Part shown: positions 57,277-64,000 of the stretch, in pieces | Numbering within the stretch: the first letter of the stretch is position 1 | Layout: every line of letters begins with the position of its first letter | NCBI GenBank assembly: GCA_963729895.1 | Contig: CAVSQB010000028.1 | Location: 1-64,000, forward strand | DNA from: an uncultured Fibrobacterota bacterium | Lineage (GTDB): Bacteria > Fibrobacterota > Chitinivibrionia > Chitinivibrionales > FEN-1185 | Length of the DNA stretch: 64,000 bases | Reading direction: 5' to 3' | Position numbers and translations under genes: made by a program | Notes under the pieces: model-generated | What the model saw: the letters and a program-made list of their open reading frames with translations, nothing else | Databases searched by the model: none | What the model was told of the DNA's origin: nothing

Positions 57277-58677
57277 TCAGTCTCGGGATGACGCATTCAG
57301 GTACGACAGGTAGTGCTTGTTCTCCTTTGTCCATTGGCGGAGGATGCCCTTGCCCATAAACTGGATAAACGACGGATAAAACGACCTGATATGCGCCGTG
57401 CGGAACAGGTTCTCCACAGAGGCGATTGCCGCGTGCGCGCTCGCGTTTATCGCGCTGTTTATCGCGTTTGTATAGGAATAAAAGTCCCCGAAGCACTCGA
57501 TCATGCCGCGCTGCAACTCGTTTGCGGTCATCTGTTTGGGCGCGAATGTCACGTGCATGCCGTCGTAGTAGTTCCAGTTCCTGTGGAGCAACCTGCCTTC
57601 GCTGATCATCCGCTCGAAGACCTCGGTGCCGGGCAGGGGGGTAAGCACCGAGTATTGCACATAGTCGAGGCCGCTTTCCTTTGAGAATTCGGCGGTGGTC
57701 CTGAACATGTCCTTGGTGTCCGCGTCGCTGCCCAGGATAAACATGCCGTGCACCATGATGTTGTTCTCGCGGAAAACTTTTATCGAGCGCCTGATATCGT
57801 CCACGGTTTGCCGCTTGTTCATATCCTTGAGGGTCTGGGGGTTTATCGATTCGAATCCCACGTACACCACTTTGCATCCGGCCTGCTTCATCTTTTTCAC
57901 GAACTCGGGCCGCTGCGTCACATTGGTGCGGACCTGCGCGGTCCATTTCCGACTGAACCTGTTCTTGAGCATGATGTCGAGGATTTCTCCCGAGCGTTCG
58001 AGGTCCACGCAGAAATTATCGTCTACAAAGAATACCGTTCCCTTGACATGACGCGATATCTCGCTCCACACCCTGGAGGGGCTCTGCGCCCGATAGTCTC
58101 TTCCGAACATCTTGGTGACCGAGCAGAAATTGCAGTCGAACGGACAGCCGCGCGAGGTCATGACGGGTTTGAGACCGCGCTTTCCCCAGCCGCGGATAAG
58201 CGAATAGTCGGGAAAGGGAAGTGAATCGAGGTCTTCGAGCCTGTGGCCGTGCACCAGGGGATCTTTGATGGTTCCTTCCGCCAAGTCAAGGAACAGCGTC
58301 TCCGCTTCACCCACCACCACCTGGTCGAAGTGCTCGCTCACGTCGTTGGGGAGCATGCTTGCGTGTATGCCGCCCACAATCGAACGCGAGGGCCTATGGA
58401 GCGCGGCGCGCGTGTTCCTGTACAATGCCGACAGTTCCTTGCCCCGTTCGATGGTGGCCGTGATGCAGCTCACGCACAAGAGATCGACGTCGGCAAGCTC
58501 GCTGGCGGCGATAGGCCGGCCGAGGATATTCTCGTTGAGGATCGACACGTCGTAGCCCGCCGCCTTTGCCATTGCGGCGAGATACATGGGCCCCAAAAGA
58601 GGGATTGACATGAACCGGGAGAAGATGTTGGCAACTGCGCCGACCGGTTCCACAAACAGAATTGTTTTTGGTTTCAT
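57277..58677 (-). CDS. B12-binding domain radical SAM protein
   Basis: GGIHAS, TSRGCPFDCNFC, FFVDDNF, GFES, FILG.D.D, LTPLPGT. ATGA overlap with the upstream gene. Confidence 0.9.
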   Translation of the reverse strand: MKPKTILFVEPVGAVANIFSRFMSIPLLGPMYLAAMAKAAGYDVSILNENILGRPIAASELADVDLLCVSCITATIERGKELSALYRNTRAALHRPSRSIVGGIHASMLPNDVSEHFDQVVVGEAETLFLDLAEGTIKDPLVHGHRLEDLDSLPFPDYSLIRGWGKRGLKPVMTSRGCPFDCNFCSVTKMFGRDYRAQSPSRVWSEISRHVKGTVFFVDDNFCVDLERSGEILDIMLKNRFSRKWTAQVRTNVTQRPEFVKKMKQAGCKVVYVGFESINPQTLKDMNKRQTVDDIRRSIKVFRENNIMVHGMFILGSDADTKDMFRTTAEFSKESGLDYVQYSVLTPLPGTEVFERMISEGRLLHRNWNYYDGMHVTFAPKQMTANELQRGMIECFGDFYSYTNAINSAINASAHAAIASVENLFRTAHIRSFYPSFIQFMGKGILRQWTKENKHYLSYLNASSRD

Positions 58678-59180
58678 TGAAAGTCCTTCTGCTGAGGGAG
58701 TTCCTTTTTTGCAAAGAGGTTTATGGAAAGCAGGCTCAATCCGAACACCACGAGCGACAACGGCCAGAGCCTCAGAGACACGGAGAAGACAAGCCACAAC
58801 GCGCCGAACAAGGCAACGAACAGTATCGAAATGTACAAAAAGATCCTACTTCTGGTTGCAATAGTGGTAACGAGGAAACTCACGCCTACGATCCCGAGAA
58901 ATAGCGGCCACAGCCTGCCCATCTGCGTCCAGGAGGTGAAATTCAGGTAGTAAAAAAGGAGACCCAGCGGAATAAGAAAGGAACCGATCCAGATAAGTGC
59001 CGCATCACCCCGTTTGCTCTGAAAGTACAAGAGCATGAAGCCTGATCCCGTCAGCAGGATGAACAGGGGCCAGTGCGAGCTGATTCCTGCCACGACATTA
59101 AAATTCTCAAGAGTGAGTACCGCACCCGCAACGATGAAGACTACCGCAATGCTCGTGAGCGATCTGTTTGTTTTTGCCAT
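58674..59180 (-). CDS. Small polytopic membrane protein with repeated LWPL motifs (LiaI/LiaF-TM-like)
   Basis: HWPLFILL.G, LWPLFL..VG, LWPLSL..FG repeats. Confidence 0.7.
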   Translation of the reverse strand: MAKTNRSLTSIAVVFIVAGAVLTLENFNVVAGISSHWPLFILLTGSGFMLLYFQSKRGDAALIWIGSFLIPLGLLFYYLNFTSWTQMGRLWPLFLGIVGVSFLVTTIATRSRIFLYISILFVALFGALWLVFSVSLRLWPLSLVVFGLSLLSINLFAKKELPQQKDFQ

Positions 59181-59396
59181 ATTGTTGGTACAGGTGCAAT
59201 ATACTCTCTTGTTGACGGAATAAGTCGAAGTTTGACGGGTATCCATGCGGGACGACATTCACGATTTCGACCACCTATTTGGCAAACACGAAAAAAATGT
59301 TTGATTCGGCACCATGAGTAACCTATCTTCTCTGGTATGGCAAGGGACGAGCGCATGGCCTCCCCGGCCTTTGATCGGCATACGAAAGGAGCTTTC

Positions 59397-60968
59397 ATGA
59401 CGCCAAATCCTGCTGTTCGAGTATTCGGCCTTGTTACCGTTCTTGGTACCGTGGGACTCGCTCTCGCTGCTCAATCGGCAAGCAACGACGAAGGCCCGAA
59501 CCCCACGATTTCCACCAACGGGACCAGAGGTCTCGTCTACACCCAATCAGCGGAAACCATGGGCCAGGGCAGGCTGTCATTTTCGCTTGAGGGAAGCTGG
59601 TACAAACAGGAAACGGGTTATCTGCAAACGCCCAACGCAGGCTCGAACATCATTGTCGGCACAGGCGCGTTTTCCTTTGGCATCAATCCCTGGTTCGACG
59701 TCTTTGCGCTTGGGAGCGGGTTCGGCTCAACCGGGTACACCGGCAGTCCGGCGGCTGGCGTCGGCGCTGTGCAGGCAGGCGTAATAGGAGCGCTGCCTTT
59801 GCCCGACAAGTCGCCGTTTCATGCCGCGGCCCAGGTTTCCATCATCGGCGGGACTTCCGCCAACCAGCTTGACTCGAACAAGGCGGACGGGTACGATTTT
59901 TTTGAGACGCGCACGGGCTACGACTTTGTCGGCAAGCTGCTCGAGTCGCTCGTGTTCGGTACCGAAGCGCAGTCGTTTAAGATCCATCTCAACGAAGGCG
60001 CGGTATACTCCTTGCAAAAAAACATGAAACCCCTGCTGCTTCTCGGACTCGGCATACAGGGAAACGTTCACCCGGCCGTGGCCCTTGGACTCGAAATAAA
60101 CTCGCGCACGTTTTTCGACAGCGTGGCGTTCGGCACCGATCCCCTGTGGGTAACGCCTTCCATCATGTTTCGTACGCCGTGGTACATGAATTTCCTGCTC
60201 GGCGCGGACATTGCCGCTTCACAAGAGAGAAGCTTGGGTGCGCTCAGGAGCCTCGAACAGTACCGCATCTTTGGCGGCATTGACTTCACCTTCGACCTGC
60301 TTGCCGGCAAGAGAAAAGCCGAGCGCGAGGCAAAGGCCGAGGCGGAACGCAAAGCAGGGCTTGAAAAAGCGGAACACTTCAGAAAAGAGGCGCGCCTCAG
60401 GGCGGTGGCAGACAGCCTTGCAGAAAAGGTAAAAGCCGATTCCATTGCAGCGGCGCAGGAACGCATGGCGGAAAAACGGCGCGCGGATTCCCTTGCCCAG
60501 AAGGCACAGCAGGACTCCATTACGCTTGCCGAGACAAGGAAGCGGCTCCAGGATGAAATGTCGAAACGGTCGGACGTTGAAAAGAAATTGCTTTCCACCG
60601 GGCTTCTTATCCTTGACGCAGTCTACTTCGAAAGCGGCAAAACCGAGATATCCATCAATTCCAAGCCGTATCTCAACATCATCGGCAGGATGCTGCTCAA
60701 GTATCCCAAACTCCAACTCGAGGTGGGCGGCCACACCGACAACCTTGGCGGGTACGAGGCGAACAAACGCCTGAGCTTTGCGCGGGCGGAATCGGTACGC
60801 CAATTCCTTGTGCTGGTGGCGCCGGACCTGGCGACGCGGCTCACGGCCAACGGCTACGGCCCGGACATGCCCAAGGCGGATAACAGGACCGCGGCGGGAC
60901 GCAAGCAGAACAGGAGAGTGGAATTGCAGGTTACGAACAAGGATGTGCTCAAGGAATACAATCCATAG
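59397..60968 (+). CDS. OmpA-family outer-membrane protein (N-terminal barrel, coiled-coil linker, OmpA_C)
   Basis: AAAGGAG RBS, signal peptide, beta strands, F.SGK, GHTD..G, N..LS..RAESV, GYG...P, NRRVE. Confidence 0.9.
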   Translation: MTPNPAVRVFGLVTVLGTVGLALAAQSASNDEGPNPTISTNGTRGLVYTQSAETMGQGRLSFSLEGSWYKQETGYLQTPNAGSNIIVGTGAFSFGINPWFDVFALGSGFGSTGYTGSPAAGVGAVQAGVIGALPLPDKSPFHAAAQVSIIGGTSANQLDSNKADGYDFFETRTGYDFVGKLLESLVFGTEAQSFKIHLNEGAVYSLQKNMKPLLLLGLGIQGNVHPAVALGLEINSRTFFDSVAFGTDPLWVTPSIMFRTPWYMNFLLGADIAASQERSLGALRSLEQYRIFGGIDFTFDLLAGKRKAEREAKAEAERKAGLEKAEHFRKEARLRAVADSLAEKVKADSIAAAQERMAEKRRADSLAQKAQQDSITLAETRKRLQDEMSKRSDVEKKLLSTGLLILDAVYFESGKTEISINSKPYLNIIGRMLLKYPKLQLEVGGHTDNLGGYEANKRLSFARAESVRQFLVLVAPDLATRLTANGYGPDMPKADNRTAAGRKQNRRVELQVTNKDVLKEYNP

Positions 60969-60996
60969 TTAAAAGAATTCCTGAGGGTATAATGCC

Positions 60997-61025
60997 GGGG
61001 CGCAGTACGATGCGCCCCTTTTTTT
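60997..61025 (+). terminator. Rho-independent terminator after ompA
   Basis: GGGGCGCA-GTACGA-TGCGCCCC followed by T7. Confidence 0.85.
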
Positions 61026-61189
61026 CGCGCGGCATGCACTTGACAGACAAGCGCCGATGGAACATTTCGGTTTGTCGGCGGGAGGGCACATTTTCCGTGC
61101 GGCCGAAAGGGGAGCATAGTCTCTTGTTAATCAATGCCGCAGCAGTATTCCCCCTCCTCGCACCGCCTCAGTACCAGGAGTAAATTTCC

Positions 61190-62014
61190 ATGTCCACTAT
61201 CGCCGCCTGCATCAAGCGCCGGGTCTCGGTACGGACCTTTGAACCAATTGCTCTTTCTTCGGAGCAAAAAGACCTCATCGCGGGAATTCTGATAACCAAT
61301 TCCAGCGGCCCTTTCGGGACTCCGGTAAGGCTGGAACTTGTGGACATCGGCGGTGCGAACAGGGTAGAGTCCAAAAAATACGGCACCTTCGGGTTTGTGC
61401 GGGGTGCGAGCAGTTTTATGGCAGGCGTGGCAAAGAATGCCGAGAAGGGGTTCCTAGATTTCGGCTACTGTTTCGAAAAAGCGGTGCTGGAGTTGACAGA
61501 CCAAAACTTCGGCACATGCTGGATGGCCCTCACCTACAATGCCGAGGGATTCAAGGAGAGGATCAACCTGCGAGCCGATGAGGCTCTGATGATAGTATCG
61601 CCGATAGGGGTTCCCTCGGGAAAACGGGCGATAGTCGATCTTCTTATCAAGGCCATTGCAAGGCCCCGCAGACGTAAACCGTGGGACCGATTGTTCTTTC
61701 TCGATACTATTGGAGCCTCACTCTCAAAGGCATCTGCAGGCTCGTACGCGCAAGCGCTCGAATGCGTGCGACTGGCGCCGTCTGCGGTTAACCTTCAGCC
61801 GTGGCGCATCGTGAAGGATTCGGCCCGCAATTCATTCCATTTCTTCATGAAAAAGAAAGGCTCCAGGACGGCAAGTGAGCTCCATGCCGGTATTGCCATG
61901 TGTCACTTTGGGCTGGCCACAGCCGAGCTTGGGCTCAAAGGGGTATGGAAAGTTTTGGACGGTATGGAAAGCCCGGAAGGCACGCATTATTGTGTGAGCT
62001 GGGACGGGGAATAA
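61190..62014 (+). CDS. Nitroreductase family protein
   Basis: RRVSVRTF, GYCFEKAVL, GTCW, R.RKP, RLAPSAVNLQPWR, GIAMCHF. Confidence 0.88.
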   Translation: MSTIAACIKRRVSVRTFEPIALSSEQKDLIAGILITNSSGPFGTPVRLELVDIGGANRVESKKYGTFGFVRGASSFMAGVAKNAEKGFLDFGYCFEKAVLELTDQNFGTCWMALTYNAEGFKERINLRADEALMIVSPIGVPSGKRAIVDLLIKAIARPRRRKPWDRLFFLDTIGASLSKASAGSYAQALECVRLAPSAVNLQPWRIVKDSARNSFHFFMKKKGSRTASELHAGIAMCHFGLATAELGLKGVWKVLDGMESPEGTHYCVSWDGE

Positions 62015-62054
62015 CGCCGCGCAGCGCCTTCTCGGGAGATGAGAGCGGCGGTAG

Positions 62055-62636
62055 TTAATTGAGTTCGGGAACCAGCGACCAACCGTCGTCGGTGCACTTG
62101 CCCGTCTTGCCCGTGTCGCAGGTGAACCGGTAGTGGAGGGCTACTCGCCCGCCTGCCGGAGCATTGATCGCCTTCACCGTAGCTTTCATCTGCTTGAGCT
62201 TCGACTCCATGACGCCGATGCCGTAGAAATAGTTCTTATTCTCGTTTGTCATAATCCGGCGGCTTATCTTCTTCTCGTAGTCGTCGATTTCCGCGAGGGA
62301 GAACAGGCTTATCTTGTGCAGGCCCGGGGAAATGGCGATCGTGGTGCGCTTGGACACCGGGCTCGTTTCCACATCGTCGACAAATACCCGCATGTCTTTA
62401 TCCTTTCCGTCAATCACCGCGGTATCGAGGACAACCACCAGGGTACATTGCCGCGACGCGGTTTTTCCCGTCTCCTCGATGCAATATTTCTCTTTGAGCA
62501 TGAAATAGTCGAATTCGCGCTGGCTCATGGCGTCGAGGGCTTTCTTCTTCAACTCCAGGTATCTCGCGTCGTCGCACGGACCTTGAGAGCACGCGAGTGC
62601 GTACAGCGCGCATATTCCAAGAATGAACGATTTCAT
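62055..62636 (-). CDS. Exported hypothetical protein, possible lipoprotein
   Basis: AAGGGG RBS, MKSFILGICALYALAC-S lipobox-like N-terminus, PEGA-like VFVDD...PGLHKI segment. Confidence 0.65.
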   Translation of the reverse strand: MKSFILGICALYALACSQGPCDDARYLELKKKALDAMSQREFDYFMLKEKYCIEETGKTASRQCTLVVVLDTAVIDGKDKDMRVFVDDVETSPVSKRTTIAISPGLHKISLFSLAEIDDYEKKISRRIMTNENKNYFYGIGVMESKLKQMKATVKAINAPAGGRVALHYRFTCDTGKTGKCTDDGWSLVPELN

Positions 62637-62759
62637 CGAGACCCCTTTCGTGGATGGGTGCCGAACAGCCTGGTACACAAAATAAATAATCTTTCGCCGA
62701 ATAATGCCTGCAAATTACGCCAGCGCGGCGCGTGCCTGTTTCAATATCGCTTGCGGCAA

Positions 62760-62795
62760 GCCGCCCCGGTGTGACGGCCGTCACACCGGGGCGGC
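62760..62795. repeat. Perfect 36-bp spacerless palindrome
   Basis: GCCGCCCCGGTGTGACGG|CCGTCACACCGGGGCGGC. Confidence 0.9.
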
Positions 62796-62838
62796 GGGGG
62801 TCGGGAAGGAGGGCGGATCACTGCGCTGGAGCAGAGGC

Positions 62839-63999
62839 CTACAGCCCGGCAGACGGCTGCGAACCGGTGTGGCGCTCCTTTTCTTCATCTTCAACCAGCA
62901 TGGCAGTATCCTTTTCCGGGAGCCCGCTGGCCCATCCGCGGTTGACAGCGGGGTATTCCGATTTGTAGGCCACGTTGTTTGGGTCCGGCCCGTGCACCGA
63001 TCCGAAGGTGAGCACCGAGAGCGGGCAGCTTGCCACGCACGCGCTGCAGCGAACGCATTCCACGTCGTTCATGGGAATGCCTTTGTTTGCATATCCCATC
63101 ACGTCGATTCCCATGTGGCACACCCGTGTACAGATGTTGCACGAGATGCAGCGTTTCTTGTTTGCAAAGATACGGTACAGAGAGAACCGGGCGTACACAT
63201 GCATGAGCGCAGCCAGGGGGCATAAAAACCTGCACCAGACGCGACCCGACAAGAAGAAATAGGCGCCAAGCCCGAGGACGCCGGCGCACACGATGTCGAC
63301 GAGTAGGCCGTAAACGTCGATTACGGTGCGAGAGAATGGAGTGCCTGTGCCGCCGGCGGCAAGGGCGGTCAGCGTTGCCGCCGCGGCGATCCACAGTAGG
63401 ATTTGACCGGCGTTCTCCGCTCGTTTGGCGCGCACGCCGTGCAGCGCCATGGTGCGGTATTCCTCCCCGAGCGTCTCGGCCAGGCCGCCGCACGAACAGA
63501 TCCATCCGCAATACGCTCCCTTGCCCCATTTGTAAACAATAGCCGGGATGAGTACAAAGGTCTGGACAAGCCCCGCAACAAGCCAGAAGAGCGTGGGCTG
63601 TCCCTGGGCAAGGTTGTAGATGAACAGCGGCCAGGCAAGAATCAGCCCGTAGACTCGCCAATAGGATTCATGAGGGACTACGTTGTGGATGAACCAGCCC
63701 GGAAGCATGGCGTGGCGGCCCAAGAGTGGAATGATGAACAACGGCAGAATGCACAATCCTATGCACTGAAACGCCATAAGCGAAACCGTCTGGCGTGTGA
63801 TGTACGCCGTTCGGCGCGACCGTATCCGGCGCAGGCCGAACAAAACTATGGTCAGGGAATAGACAACTGCGTACCAGTCTCCCATGTCGGAAAGGAGCGG
63901 CGTGCGCCCCGCGATCTTGTACGATATGTAAAGAATGGGGAATGCAACGGCGACAAGCGCACAATAACCGTATTTGACGCGTTGTGAGCCCGTGGAAAA
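62839..63999 (-). CDS. Membrane-bound 4Fe-4S binding (polyferredoxin NapH/MauN-like) protein, 5' end beyond the window
   Basis: Frame open to the window edge. YCGWICSCG, WCRFLCPL, CISCNICTRVCH, CVRCSACVASCP. Confidence 0.85.
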   Translation of the reverse strand, partial: FSTGSQRVKYGYCALVAVAFPILYISYKIAGRTPLLSDMGDWYAVVYSLTIVLFGLRRIRSRRTAYITRQTVSLMAFQCIGLCILPLFIIPLLGRHAMLPGWFIHNVVPHESYWRVYGLILAWPLFIYNLAQGQPTLFWLVAGLVQTFVLIPAIVYKWGKGAYCGWICSCGGLAETLGEEYRTMALHGVRAKRAENAGQILLWIAAAATLTALAAGGTGTPFSRTVIDVYGLLVDIVCAGVLGLGAYFFLSGRVWCRFLCPLAALMHVYARFSLYRIFANKKRCISCNICTRVCHMGIDVMGYANKGIPMNDVECVRCSACVASCPLSVLTFGSVHGPDPNNVAYKSEYPAVNRGWASGLPEKDTAMLVEDEEKERHTGSQPSAGL

Positions 64000-64000
64000 A

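Overview
This is a GC-rich window from a diderm (LPS-making) bacterium. The T9SS-style C-terminal domains and PorV-like barrels tentatively suggest the FCB superphylum, possibly Fibrobacterota; this placement is inference only. The core backbone is tRNA-Ser, comF-lgt-rodA-mrdA-mreDCB, lolA-ftsK, queDEC, a relA/spoT homolog, prs, an RluA-family synthase, a Ser/Thr kinase, PHP-manC-lpxB, waaF, a radical SAM enzyme and OmpA. Five IS insertions have identifiable ends and target duplications: IS3; two near-identical IS5-type copies, one splitting a diguanylate cyclase and the other itself split by an IS1380; and a different IS5. The most notable observations are: (1) a stand-alone ThiS(GG-capped)/E1/JAB/DsrE/TusA sulfur-carrier operon; (2) a PorZ-like gene plus two PorV/PorQ-like genes, with five proteins carrying T9SS-like C-terminal domains; (3) strong enrichment of the Bacteroidota-type O-glycosylation sequon D-S/T-(A/I/L/V/M/T) in exported proteins; (4) tandem GH16 paralogs with a non-canonical E-x-E-x-x-E catalytic motif; (5) an unidentified structured element cut off from the kinase gene by an IS; and (6) a nested REP/MITE-like repeat whose ends resemble the local IS5 ends. 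No CRISPR array or rRNA was seen. All product calls come from motif recognition by eye, without database searches.
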